Positions 34,865 through 45,535 of a stretch of DNA of 64,000 bases are shown piece by piece. Within the stretch, counting starts at the first letter, position 1. Every line of letters begins with the position of its first letter. The notes beneath the pieces are model-generated. The model saw only the letters and a list, made by a program, of their open reading frames with translations, had not been told where the DNA came from and did not search any database. The translations under genes and the position numbers were made by a program. Source of the stretch: Thraustochytrium aureum (taxonomy: Eukaryota); assembly GCA_012862495.1 (NCBI GenBank), contig BLSG01000090.1:1-64000 (forward strand). The letters run 5' to 3'.

Positions 34865-37156
34865 ATGGAGACCAGGAGCGCCATGGAGGCGTACAGCCCC
34901 GCGCAAAGGCTCTATGCGGAATCGCGACGCAAGGTGGGGAAGGTCGCTGTGGACCCCGTCACGATGGACCTGCTGGCGTTTGGTATTCTCTGGGCCGAGC
35001 TTGACGACGCAGGGCAAGGGCAGCTGCAAGTGATGGCCGAACTGGCAAAGGCCTGCGGCCAGGTTGACGTTTGCGAGGTGCATCTCGGGTGCCAGCTTGA
35101 GGCGCGCCGCGGACTTGACGGCAAGGAGAATGGCGGTGGAAGGAGCGGTTCGAACGGGCGGCGCCGGCGCCGCGTCCCGGCCGTGCCAAAACATGAGCCG
35201 CTCGTCTCCATGGGCCCGAACAGCTCCAGCCTCTGCGCTGCAATCGGCCGCGGATTGGCGAGCCAGCCAAACTCATTGTCGCGACTCGAACTGAACGGGA
35301 TCCGTCTCTCCCGCGAAGCCTGCCGATCACTTGGCAAGGGCCTGCAGCGCAGCAACGCCCTCCGGTTCATGTCAATTCGCAAGTCGCAGTGCGGAGACGC
35401 AGGATTCGCCGCTCTTGCTCCTGGGCTCGCCGCGAATGCTTCCCTGCAGGACCTCGTACTCAGTCAGTGCGACCTTTCTGACGCGTCAAGCGAGTCCATC
35501 TGCAGCGTGCTTCGGGCGCACGCCCAGCGTCGCAATGACGAGCGGTGGGCGATATCCCTGCGCCGAGCAGGCCAGGTCTATGAGGTGCAAAGCCCCTTCG
35601 CCCCCCAGGAAGCCAACGAGGTTGCCCTTCAGGGCCTCCTCGTGGTCGACCTCTCGCGAAACCGTCTCGGAGACGCGTTTGCCAGCGCGCTCGCTCGCTC
35701 CCTCTGCTCTGACGACTGGCTCGGCGGCGTCAACTTGGTAGGGAACGCCGTCGGGACGGCGGGGGCAAGAGCCCTCCTTGATGCGCTCACGGAGGCGAAC
35801 GAGGCCTTGGCGATCCTCGATCTGCGCGAAAACGCTGCGCCCCACGACCTAGACAGCGGCGACGCAGTCACGGCCATAGACGCCGCTTTGCGAGAGCGCA
35901 GCGCCAGGGCAGACCGTGGCTTGTTGGGAAGGCACATGCCGAGCCTGGACGCTGACTTTGCCGCCGCGCTTGCAGATGTGAACGCAGGGCAGGTTGACAG
36001 CACCGTTCGAGCCGGTGGGACCCAAACCCGGCTGGGGCCACAACCAGCATCGGACGATCTTGATTCAGTGTCTGAAGGGGGCAGCAGCGGGCCGTTCGCG
36101 TCGTGCCTCATTGCTTCTGCGATTCTGCGCTGGCAAAGCGGCCATCAGTTGAGCGCCGCGGTTGCTAGCGTGGTCGCTTCGCTGGCAACCTCCAACGCAC
36201 CGTTCGCCAACTTGGAGATGTCGAAGGCGCATGGTGCGCTGGATGACAGCTTTGCAACCAGTCACGGGCGGCTCTTTGCCAGCAAGGCGAGCTTCCGGTC
36301 TTGGTCCGACGACTACGGAAGGTTCGCATCCGAGATCCGCGTGCCAGGGCTCGCCCGGTCGTCGGGTTCGGAGAGCGAGCTCGGCGCAGGGGCTCAAGAT
36401 GACGTGACCCTGCGCGAGGCGATGATGCTTGAGACGCAGCGCCCAGCAAGGGGCGTCCTCAAGGGGAGCACTCCTGAAGATCGCAGCAACGTCGCGGCCC
36501 GACCGAGAGCGAGCGTCTCCAGGAGGGAACCGTCTTGCGGAGCACTTGGGGAGGCGAGTGGATTGCGCCCGGGCGGGGACGTCGGGCCCAGGCGGCACGC
36601 GGGCGGGCGGCGGAAGAAGCAATCCGCGCCCGGCAGCCCATCCCGCCAAGATGGTGTTGCTGCTGGTGGTGCCGCTGCGCTCAGCTCCACGAGGCGCAAC
36701 CCTGTCAAGAATCCCGCAAACCTGGCTAGCGACATCGGGGCCCGTCATGCCGGACAGTCGAGGAGACCCGCCGTCTCGGCGTCCTCGAGGCGGGCCAAGC
36801 ACGAGAGTGTTCATGGCCAAGCCAAGCCCCGCAGTGCGCACACGGCGCACAAGAAGAAGACTGCCCCCGCATCGCCGAGCGCCAAGATCGCAAAAGCGTT
36901 CGCAGAGGAGGTAGACAAGGTTATTATGACTTATGCGGCGCGGCTTGAAGACCGGGATCTAGCCCAGATACTCCTGGACCACCGCGCTGTGAGCGCGCTC
37001 TCGCTGCCCGCCGCAGCGCCGCGTTCTCCACCGTTTACCGGTCTTGGGGATGGCAGCTCCCTCGTTGATGTGGATGCTTTGGCGGAGAGGGTCGCGGACC
37101 GCCTCGCGCGCAAGTGGAGCCCGACGGCCAAAGAGACCAGTGCAGCTCCCGAGTAA
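34865..37156 (+). CDS. CEP78: Centrosomal protein CEP78 (LRR); alternative ATG at 34616
   Basis: RNI-like LRRs plus the CEP78-type segments QRRNDERWAISLRR and LGDAFASALARSLCSDDWL...GARALLDAL..N..LAILDLREN. Confidence 0.8.
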   Translation: METRSAMEAYSPAQRLYAESRRKVGKVAVDPVTMDLLAFGILWAELDDAGQGQLQVMAELAKACGQVDVCEVHLGCQLEARRGLDGKENGGGRSGSNGRRRRRVPAVPKHEPLVSMGPNSSSLCAAIGRGLASQPNSLSRLELNGIRLSREACRSLGKGLQRSNALRFMSIRKSQCGDAGFAALAPGLAANASLQDLVLSQCDLSDASSESICSVLRAHAQRRNDERWAISLRRAGQVYEVQSPFAPQEANEVALQGLLVVDLSRNRLGDAFASALARSLCSDDWLGGVNLVGNAVGTAGARALLDALTEANEALAILDLRENAAPHDLDSGDAVTAIDAALRERSARADRGLLGRHMPSLDADFAAALADVNAGQVDSTVRAGGTQTRLGPQPASDDLDSVSEGGSSGPFASCLIASAILRWQSGHQLSAAVASVVASLATSNAPFANLEMSKAHGALDDSFATSHGRLFASKASFRSWSDDYGRFASEIRVPGLARSSGSESELGAGAQDDVTLREAMMLETQRPARGVLKGSTPEDRSNVAARPRASVSRREPSCGALGEASGLRPGGDVGPRRHAGGRRKKQSAPGSPSRQDGVAAGGAAALSSTRRNPVKNPANLASDIGARHAGQSRRPAVSASSRRAKHESVHGQAKPRSAHTAHKKKTAPASPSAKIAKAFAEEVDKVIMTYAARLEDRDLAQILLDHRAVSALSLPAAAPRSPPFTGLGDGSSLVDVDALAERVADRLARKWSPTAKETSAAPE

Positions 37157-37399
37157 ATAACTGTAGACAGCACCGCAGCAACGTCTTGAAGCACCCCGGA
37201 ACGGCCTCGTCGCCAGCGCGGGCATGAGACACGCGCCATTAGCTCACTAACCCCTCTCGCCGTGTACCAAAGCACGTGCGACGCTGGCCTCGACGGGCCA
37301 TCGACGGGCCATGGCGGGGGGCGGCTCGGCCACGGCCCTGCGCGATCTCTTCTTGCTGTTGTGAGGCCGCTGAGCTGCTCTGACCCCTCCGCTGCTTGG

Positions 37400-38938
37400 T
37401 CAGGACGGCGCGACCCTCACGGATCGCGTGGAGCCAGCGAACGTTGACGATCCTTCCCGCCAAACCTTCCTCGGTTTCGGCTTCTTGGACGGTTCTCCAA
37501 GTGGGGTTACTGCCACGATGTGGAGCAGCGACCGCAGTATCCTGCCGCAGACCAACCAGCCGAAGGTGAGAGTGTATCCCAAAGGCTGCCAAACAAACGT
37601 GGTCGTGCATACTATTGCTCCGACGATCATCACGAGGTGGAGAGCCATCGATACAGAAACCACCAGAGATATGCGCACAAAAAATCGGTCTACCAGGGTG
37701 AGACAGGCTGGTTTCCCCCCAGCTGCTGGCGCTTGTGCCAACCGCGTTTCAATTGCTTGCATGGCCTGCAAAGATCGCAAGATTGTCTGAAACCGCATGT
37801 AGTAGGAAACGCTCATCACGGCCATCACAACCGAGATCACGCCAGAGTACAAAACTGCCACCATTGGCGCAGACCCCAAATACAAATAGAATAGCATCGC
37901 CGCGACCAAGTCCATCGCCACAAACGCGAGGGCGAACATCACAAACCCGACGCGATGCTTTAAAATCATGGAGAAGTAGTCGCTGTTGCCCACAACCAGC
38001 ATCTTGTTCATTGACTTGGTGAAAACAACGAGAATGAGTGTGTTGGTGGCCAATGCGCTTCCCTGCAGGAGGCAGAGCGAAGCTCGCGTCGCTTCGCCAC
38101 TCCACTTTCCGTTTCCTCCCAGCGCGTTCTCGCCAAGCGCAAAAGCCAGCACCAGGAGAACGATTACCTCGATCACGAGGACCGCGAAGGGAATATTCTG
38201 GAAGCGCGAACGGCGCGCGCCGATATTGCCCGCATCGGTAAGGCGAGCATAGATGTTTCGCAACCCGAGCAGCGCCGACGCACCAGCGAGGCCGACCATT
38301 AGACCTTGAAAGTACAGGCGGTATGCGAGCAGACCGAACATGTCAAGCCAGGGGTTGTGATCGACAACGACGTGGGCCAAAATTGGTTCTGCTAGCCCAG
38401 ACTCGAAGGCTTCAAACAAAGGCTTGTTCAAGTCTTCGCGCTGGAGATGTAGGTACACCGCATCGTACCTCGCACTTGGCGAGCTCTGATAGAAGGCCTC
38501 AAAATGGGTCCCGTCGTGGTGGTTCGCGGCATAGCCGACCTGTACCCCGCTCCGGTCCACCCAAGCTGCGGCTGCGCCGACTCTCGTATACACCTCAATG
38601 TCAGTGTAGAGCTTTTGCCACTGATAGCATGGCAGGCTTTCCAGTTCGAGGATCAGCGTCCTGTTGAACCGAGGCCGCATTTCGTGGAGTGTGCCATTTG
38701 CTTTCCTTGTGCACATCTCGTCCTTCTCGTCGTTGGTTAGCACCACGAGGGTGTAGTTCATTTCAAATCCCGTCGCTGGGCCTATGTCGTCGTAGTACGG
38801 CACCGCATCCGTGAACCGGAGTCCAGCCAAGTGCGCTGGAGAGGTAATTGTGATCCCTGCTTCTGTTTTCCCTGGTGCCAGACCCAGCAGAGACACAGAC
38901 ACTGCCACAGCCAAGCTGAGCGGCCCAGCTGAAAACAT
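37400..38938 (-). CDS. Orphan receptor-like protein: signal peptide, ~170-aa ectodomain, about 7 TM helices
   Basis: Hydrophobic N-terminus, NxT sequons (NYT, NGT, NRT), about 7 hydrophobic segments and a basic Ser-rich tail. Confidence 0.7.
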   Translation of the reverse strand: MFSAGPLSLAVAVSVSLLGLAPGKTEAGITITSPAHLAGLRFTDAVPYYDDIGPATGFEMNYTLVVLTNDEKDEMCTRKANGTLHEMRPRFNRTLILELESLPCYQWQKLYTDIEVYTRVGAAAAWVDRSGVQVGYAANHHDGTHFEAFYQSSPSARYDAVYLHLQREDLNKPLFEAFESGLAEPILAHVVVDHNPWLDMFGLLAYRLYFQGLMVGLAGASALLGLRNIYARLTDAGNIGARRSRFQNIPFAVLVIEVIVLLVLAFALGENALGGNGKWSGEATRASLCLLQGSALATNTLILVVFTKSMNKMLVVGNSDYFSMILKHRVGFVMFALAFVAMDLVAAMLFYLYLGSAPMVAVLYSGVISVVMAVMSVSYYMRFQTILRSLQAMQAIETRLAQAPAAGGKPACLTLVDRFFVRISLVVSVSMALHLVMIVGAIVCTTTFVWQPLGYTLTFGWLVCGRILRSLLHIVAVTPLGEPSKKPKPRKVWREGSSTFAGSTRSVRVAPS

Positions 38939-39475
38939 CGCGCGCGTCGCTGTGATGCCTTTGCCTTGCGCATGCCTCGCGCATGCCTAGGCTTGCATTG
39001 GCGGAGGACTGCCGCGAGCAGGCGACGAGCTAGTCCCGCAGCGTTTCGATCCTGTGCACCTCCAACCTCTGCACCTTGAACGGATGCCGCGGCGAGCCAG
39101 CAACTTGTCCGTTTTCTGGGAGCTGCGCCGCCACTCTCGCCCTTCTTCTTGGCGATTCAAAAGGGCTTTTGACAGACGACCACAAGACCGACATCCGCTC
39201 CTAGTTGGCCCGTCGGGTTTTCTTTCGCGCAGCGTTGGGTCGGAGTCGCTCCTCCCCAGAGCAAGGCGAAAGCATTGGCTAGGAGGCTAGGAGCCACGTT
39301 GCTCGCGCGCAACGCATCAACTGCGAGCCAGGCTGGAGGCGAAGCAGCCGCGACAAACTGCGCGAGTTCCACTGGGTGAACGCCATGAGAGCGCAGAGCC
39401 GTTGAACGGATTCGTGCTCAACTCTCTGGAGTGAAGTTCTCTGGACCTCTTTTTGGAGCTGCGGAAGCTGTGTCC

Positions 39476-39607
39476 GTCGGCACGGGTGTCGGCACGGGCG
39501 TCGGCACGGGCGTCGGCGGTCGAGTGCAGTTCAATCTTTTGATCAAGATCAATGAAGAGAAAGCGAGAAAGCGAGAAAACGAGAAAACGAGAAAACGAGA
39601 AAACGAG
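39476..39607. repeat. 12-bp (GTCGGCACGGGY)x3 and (GAGAAAAC-like)x6 tandem repeats 3' of the RIIa-EF gene
   Basis: Directly visible. Confidence 0.9.
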
Positions 39608-39615
39608 ATTGGGTT

Positions 39616-40998
39616 CTAGTCCTCGTAGATGATGGCGAGCTCCAGGATGCCCTTGAGCGTTCGGAAAGCCTGCTCGACGAGCGGCATGTACTTGTAGAGC
39701 CCTGCGGCCTCCGTGGCAACCGCAAGGGCCAAGATCGCATTGAGTGTCTTCTTGTCGATGAGATCGCCCAGCACGTTGTTGATCCCTGCCTTAATCTGCT
39801 CCTTGGTCAGGCACGTAGACCCCGTCTTGTCAAGCGCCTCGAACGCCTCCAGCAGCTCGGCCTCGAGCGAGTCGCGGTCCTTGCCAAAGACAACACCCCA
39901 ACCCTCGCTCGCATGCAAGCTCTGCATCATCTCCTTCTTCTCGGCCATCCGGTCGCGATAGTTCTGGCAGGCGTGGATCATGAACGCCGCTCGAGGCGCG
40001 AACGAGACGTACTCTACGAGCCCATTGTCGTCCTCCTGCGCCTCGCTGAGGATAGAGCATATTTGCACAAGCGACATGCCCAAGTCTGCGCCAAACAAAA
40101 GCTGTTGGATCTGCTCAATGGAGAGCAGCCCCGTGTTGTCGACGTCTGCGTCTCCGCACAGCTTGAGGATGAGCTCTTGGAGGTCCTTTTCGTCCTGCGA
40201 CGAGATCATCCACTCAGCCGCAGTGAGCTCTACGAGAAGCTTCATACACAGGGGTTTGAATGCTTCGTAGTCAATCAGACCCTTCTCGTTCGCATAGGTC
40301 TCAAACATGAGTAGGTTGACCTCCTTGCGCGTCATGCCGATGCGGATGTCTGACAGACACCGCTCGAACTCCTCTAGGTCAAGCGCACCGCTGCCGTCCT
40401 CGTCAGCCTCGCGGAAAATGCTCGTGAGAATCTCCTCGAGCTCATCGGGCGGCATGCCGTGCAGGATGTGCTGCTCTGCGTCGCTGAGAACGCGCTCTTT
40501 TTGCTCCTCGCTCTCACGAAGTTTTTCCTTGGCGACAATGGTCTCGATGATCGACACGGCCACAGGAATAAATTCGGCGTACGAGATCTCGCCGTTGCCG
40601 TCGCAATCGGCCTCGGCCAAGATGCGCCGCACGTCGTTCTTGCGCAGGCCCAGGCGGGCCCCCAGTTTGTGGAAGACAGCCTTGAACTCGTGCCGGTCTA
40701 GGGTGCGGTTGCCGTCAACGTCTTGCTCCTTGAAGAGGCCATGGATCAGCTCCTCGATCTCCACGGGCGACATCTCGCTGAGCGGAAGCTGCTCTTCGGT
40801 CTCCTCCTTGCCAAGGTTTTCCGTGAGTCCATGGTCGACCTTTTCCTTGAGCTTGTCCTCGAAAAACTGAAGCGCAAACGCCTCGATGTCGTCGGGCTGG
40901 AGCCGCAGCACCTCGCGCGTGAGGTCCTTGAGCACCTCTGGGAGCGCGCTAGGAAGCGCAAACTCCTGGGCGTACGTGGACGGCACGGCGGTGCTCAT
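39616..40998 (-). CDS. RIIa dimerization/docking domain plus multiple EF-hands (radial spoke protein RSP7-like)
   Basis: RIIa motif LPEVLKDLTREVLRLQPDDIEAFALQFF. EF loops DVDGNRTLDRHE, DCDGNGEISYAE, DEDGSGALDLEE, DVDNTGLLSIEQ. Confidence 0.85.
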   Translation of the reverse strand: MSTAVPSTYAQEFALPSALPEVLKDLTREVLRLQPDDIEAFALQFFEDKLKEKVDHGLTENLGKEETEEQLPLSEMSPVEIEELIHGLFKEQDVDGNRTLDRHEFKAVFHKLGARLGLRKNDVRRILAEADCDGNGEISYAEFIPVAVSIIETIVAKEKLRESEEQKERVLSDAEQHILHGMPPDELEEILTSIFREADEDGSGALDLEEFERCLSDIRIGMTRKEVNLLMFETYANEKGLIDYEAFKPLCMKLLVELTAAEWMISSQDEKDLQELILKLCGDADVDNTGLLSIEQIQQLLFGADLGMSLVQICSILSEAQEDDNGLVEYVSFAPRAAFMIHACQNYRDRMAEKKEMMQSLHASEGWGVVFGKDRDSLEAELLEAFEALDKTGSTCLTKEQIKAGINNVLGDLIDKKTLNAILALAVATEAAGLYKYMPLVEQAFRTLKGILELAIIYED

Positions 40999-41389
40999 GT
41001 TGCCCGGATTTCCGGCGGCGCTGCGCGCAACGGCTTCGAGCTCGAAGACAACAACCTATGTGCGCTCTACTCGCTACGCTGCTCGCCCACGTCGCTCTGC
41101 TGCGCTGCCCACGCTCGTGCGTTGGCAATGAATGGGGTCTGCTCAACATCCGCGCCAAGCTGGGCGACCGTAACGGACACATCGACGAACAAAACGAGCT
41201 TGCACTTCGCGTCAGAGTAGGCCTTGCAGGAGCTCGTGCAAGTTGCAAAGACGAGCGTCGAGACTCGGACGGGACGGGCGCGGGCGCGTACGGCAGAGGG
41301 AAAGCGTTCTACTTGGAGTACTTTTGCACTGGCAGGTTTTGAGATGGCCGCGTCGAAGATGGATGATGGCCTGGCCTGACGACTTGGCT

Positions 41390-41946
41390 TCACGACACGG
41401 CCTCGCGTGCGTGCGCCACAAGGCTTGCAAAGTCGGCGGGCTGCAGAGCGTGGCCCACCAGGGGGCCCAACCCACGACCACCAGAGGAGCAGAGCTGGCA
41501 GGCTGGGCCAGCCAACCGCGAACTCGGGGTCGGCCGACTTGAGGAGCTCAAGCGCGTCGCAGGGCTCGACGCGGCACACTGTGTCGAACGGGCGCGTTGG
41601 GTGCTCTGCTGCCGTCAGCATCGCCGCCAGCACGTGGGGCTCGCCGGGGAGCGCGTCTGGGATGCTTCCGAGCGCGAGGCGTCGGCCGTCAGCCGATTCA
41701 ACGTTGAAGAGCAGCACAGGGACTTGAAAGGCTTGGTCCAGGTGCACCTCCGCGAAGACAACAACGGTGCGCGCACAACGCGCTGACGATGCTGCCACTT
41801 GGTCGTCGCCGAGATCGCTGGCACCCGCGTCTGTCCGCAGCGCGCCGGCGAGCTCGTCGTCCTCCACGCCGGCTTCGTCGGCTTCGGCAAAGCAGGCGTT
41901 GGCGTCCGTCTCCAGGTCCAGCCCGCTGTGGACCAGATACGTCTGG
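41390..41946 (-). CDS. ATG10: ATG10-like E2 enzyme, 3' part (5' end in gap; frameshift near 41463)
   Basis: AFQVPVLLF...DGRRL, EHP, catalytic-Cys segment VEPCD and WWSWVGP. Removing one C from a C5 run gives VGPLVGHAL...VS*. Confidence 0.75.
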
Positions 41947-42399
41947 NNNNNNNNNNNNNNNNNNNNNNNNNNNNNNNNNNNNNNNNNNNNNNNNNNNNNN
42001 NNNNNNNNNNNNNNNNNNNNNNNNNNNNNNNNNNNNNNNNNNNNNNNNNNNNNNNNNNNNNNNNNNNNNNNNNNNNNNNNNNNNNNNNNNNNNNNNNNNN
42101 NNNNNNNNNNNNNNNNNNNNNNNNNNNNNNNNNNNNNNNNNNNNNNNNNNNNNNNNNNNNNNNNNNNNNNNNNNNNNNNNNNNNNNNNNNNNNNNNNNNN
42201 NNNNNNNNNNNNNNNNNNNNNNNNNNNNNNNNNNNNNNNNNNNNNNNNNNNNNNNNNNNNNNNNNNNNNNNNNNNNNNNNNNNNNNNNNNNNNNNNNNNN
42301 NNNNNNNNNNNNNNNNNNNNNNNNNNNNNNNNNNNNNNNNNNNNNNNNNNNNNNNNNNNNNNNNNNNNNNNNNNNNNNNNNNNNNNNNNNNNNNNNNNN

Positions 42400-42683
42400 T
42401 GGCGGTGCTGGCCTTGCTGGCGGTGGCCTTGGTGCGCAATGTTGCCGTGCAGAATTACGAGGCGGAGAAGGCCGCGTACCTGGCCTCGCTGGGGCGCGGC
42501 ACCAAGGCGAGCGCTCTCCAGATGGACGCGAGGGTGCAGCAAGCTGGCGTCCGAGGGGCCGCTGGCGCTGAGCCGCTCGCGCTGCGTGTGGCGGAGCAGG
42601 AGCGCCGGATCCGCCGGATCGAAGCGCACCTCGGGCTCGACGCTTCAGCGGGCCCGGGCCTGGAAGGAGCGAACCGGGCATGA
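42400..42683 (+). CDS. C-terminal fragment of an unknown protein with a TM helix and short coiled coil
   Basis: Open frame from the gap: AVLALLAVALVRN...RVAEQERRIRRIEAHLGL...*. Confidence 0.45.
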
Positions 42684-42749
42684 GATTCTGTGGAATTGCG
42701 ATCTGGGAAGGCTCGTTGAGGCGAGGGCAGAAGGCTCGCCCAACGTGCA

Positions 42750-43405
42750 TCAAGGGGTTTCGGGGACCACGTCTGGCGCTGCGTCGCTTGGCGGCGTTTC
42801 CGGGACCAGCTCCTCGGCGCGCTCTTCCCCTGGACGGTCTCTGGCGTCATCTTGATGGATGCTAAAGCTTTTGTCTTGGATGGCCCACTTCTCTCCCCTG
42901 TGCCCTCGCGGGGAGGGCGCTCTTGTGCGTGTCGCTTCGGCTGACCCGAAATCTGGGCCAGCGAGCCTGGGCCGTTTCGTGGGCGACCCGTCGGCAGGTT
43001 TGCGTGCCCCGCAACTCTGCTTTCCACTTCCAAGCGAAGCCGCGCGAGCGAGGCGCTCTTGCTCCGGGCCAGGGCTGGCGAGATCGATCGGCTTGATTGG
43101 GCTCTTCACTGGCGGGGGCAGGATCTCCACGCTGCCATGCGGCGACCCGAGGTTTAGCTGGCTTTGCGGCTGGTTTCGCGGCGGTGAGCTGGGCGGCGAG
43201 CCGGGTGGCGAGCCGAAAAGATCCACTGAGGTCGGGCTGGCGCAGGAGCCCGACGTCGCGAACCGCCGGGGGGCGCCCTTGCCCGCGATAGGTTGCTGTT
43301 GCGTGGGGTTCAAGTTCTGTTTCGGGGACGGCGGTTTCTGGCGGCGGCTTGCGAGATCCGGCACCCCGCTCGGTCGCGCACCTTCCGAATGCTGGCCTTC
43401 TCCTG

Positions 43406-43443
<38 letters not shown>

Positions 43444-44503
43444 GCCTTCCCCAGCCCTGGCCAGCGCAAGAGCTGTTTGGAGTCCGTCTCCGCGACCTCC
43501 CGTGCAGAACCCTCCAGTTCGCCGAGGAATTTGGTCACACTCGGGTGTGGTTTGAAGAGCGACGGGTCAAAGTCTGATAGAAAGAGTCCTTCGGGGCCCC
43601 TTGCGCGGGACAGCGCCGTGTACGCTTGCCCAAACTCAAATATCTTGTCCATTCGGACCGCGACCCTGTCGAACTCCATCCCTTGCGCTTTGTGGATCGT
43701 GATGGCGTACGCTAGGTCGAGCGGGACCTGCTCGCGGTCGCCAATGAGACGGTCGCCGTGCGTGAAGGAGACTCTGTACCTTGACACGACGCTCTCGACT
43801 GGTTTGGAGTGAGGGGGCTCGAACAGCACGACGGGCACGCGCTCGCCGTCGCAGGCCTGAAAGCGAACCACTGTTCCCCGGACCCCATTTACAAGCTTGC
43901 AGGCGGGGTCCAGATTGACGAGTAGGACGACGCGCGCCCCGACCGCAAGCTCGAGGTGGCGCGGCACCCTTGTGAGAGCGTCTGCAACTTGAGANNNNNN
44001 NNNNNNNNNNNNNNNNNNNNNNNNNNNNNNNNNNNNNNNNNNNNNNNNNNNNNNNNNNNNNNNNNNNNNNNNNNNNNNNNNNNNNNNNNNNNNNNNNNNN
44101 NNNNNNNNNNNNNNNNNNNNNNNNNNNNNNNNNNNNNNNNNNNNNNNNNNNNNNNNNNNNNNNNNNNNNNNNNNNNNNNNNNNNNNNNNNNNNNNNNNNN
44201 NNNNNNNNNNNNNNNNNNNNNNNNNNNNNNNNNNNNNNNNNNNNNNNNNNNNNNNNNNNNNNNNNNNNNNNNNNNNNNNNNNNNNNNNNNNNNNNNNNNN
44301 NNNNNNNNNNNNNNNNNNNNNNNNNNNNNNNNNNNNNNNNNNNNNNNNNNNNNNNNNNNNNNNNNNNNNNNNNNNNNNNNNNNNNNNNNNNNNNNNNNNT
44401 GCCCGTCCAAGGCCGCAACTGCCTCCTCGTCCGCGCTCGTGTCCGGGCCCATCCCCGCCGACGGCGAGATCGAACCTGGCGCCGCGGCGCGCTTTCCAAC
44501 CAT
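42750..44503 (-). CDS. PIF1: PIF1-family DNA helicase (Walker A/B region hidden in gap)
   Basis: LAVGARVVLLVNLD, LVNGVRGTV, QVPLDLAYAITIHKAQG, FEFGQAYTALSRA and a low-complexity S/P-rich tail. The 5' fragment MVGKR...AVAALDG runs into the gap. Confidence 0.88.
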
Positions 44504-44761
44504 GCGCGCGCCGCAAGCAGGCACACCGCAAGCAGGTTCAGGTAGCCTGCGCCTGCGCGGCCCCGACCGGCAGCCGCCTGGTCGCTCTGCCCGTTCGCGC
44601 TCTGCCCAGGTTCAAAAACCGCGAGGGACTGGGCTGGCCTGCGTTGCCCGTCTGCTGCGCGAAGGTGCGCTGCCGCGCAGGGAACGCACTGACGCCCGCA
44701 GACGCGGAGGAGAGGAACGGACTTGTTTGGTGGATGCCCTACAGGCGGTGGTGTATCTTTG

Positions 44762-45535
44762 TCAGTTGCGCGCCTGGCGCAGGTTTCTGGCGTCGTAGGC
44801 TTTGATGCACTCGGCGCTGCAGCAGAGGTGGCCGTCGAAGGTGACAAAGTCGGCCTTCTCCCTCGGGCTCGCCCCGCACACGGTGCACTTTATGCAGCCG
44901 AGATGGTACACCTGGTCGCGCACGGTGATGCGGTCGAGCGAGGTGACCTGGCCGCCGCACTTGGAGCAGTGGTGCACGTCTCGGGTGACCAGGTTTTCTT
45001 TGACGTAGCTCCGGCCCTTGCGGTCCGCCTCCGGCACGTCGCGCTGGTTGCGTCCCGGGCGGAACACGTTCTCCGCGTCGACCGTGTAGTTCTGGTTCCA
45101 AAACTCGTCCAAGAGCTCGATCTGCTCCGCGTCGTGCATGCCTTCAAAGAAAACCTCTGGCTTGAAGGAGACCTCGCGCGCCTTTTTCAGGTTTTGCAGG
45201 ATGCGGTTCAGGTTGGCGATCTGGCCCTCTGTGAAGGAAAAGAGGTCTCCGAACGTGCAGGTCTTGCCGTCTTTTGCGCAGGCCCGCATCGCCGCTCGCG
45301 TATTTTCGAGGTCTCGCTTGAGCCCGTCCGCAAAGTTGTACTTTTTCCTGTCGCTCGTCTCGGAGATCTTGGCTGCCATTACCTTCGGGTCCGTCGCGTC
45401 CGCGGCCGCCTTCTCGAAGGCAGCGATTCTCGCTTGCAGGGCGGAAAGGGGCGCCGCACCCGCCTCGCTCTCGCCGCTTTCGCGTCTCACGGCGCGCCCA
45501 AGAGCGGCTGACAGGCGCTTTGCGGTGCCAGCCAT
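44762..45535 (-). CDS. Costars-domain plus LIM-domain protein (may extend 5' into gap)
   Basis: Costars: TFGDLF...NLNRILQNLKKAREVSFKPEVFFEGMHDAEQIELL. LIM: CSKC-x17-HLGCIKCTVC-x18-CSAEC. Confidence 0.8.
   Translation of the reverse strand: MAGTAKRLSAALGRAVRRESGESEAGAAPLSALQARIAAFEKAAADATDPKVMAAKISETSDRKKYNFADGLKRDLENTRAAMRACAKDGKTCTFGDLFSFTEGQIANLNRILQNLKKAREVSFKPEVFFEGMHDAEQIELLDEFWNQNYTVDAENVFRPGRNQRDVPEADRKGRSYVKENLVTRDVHHCSKCGGQVTSLDRITVRDQVYHLGCIKCTVCGASPREKADFVTFDGHLCCSAECIKAYDARNLRQARN

Noticed and set aside
39476..39607. Short repeats as a CRISPR array
   Set aside because: They are head-to-tail 8-12 bp units with no unique spacers and no cas genes, in a eukaryotic context.
42750..44503. 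PIF1 as part of a Helitron or other mobile element
   Set aside because: No Rep/HUH domain, terminal structures or room for them; it is flanked by ordinary cellular genes.
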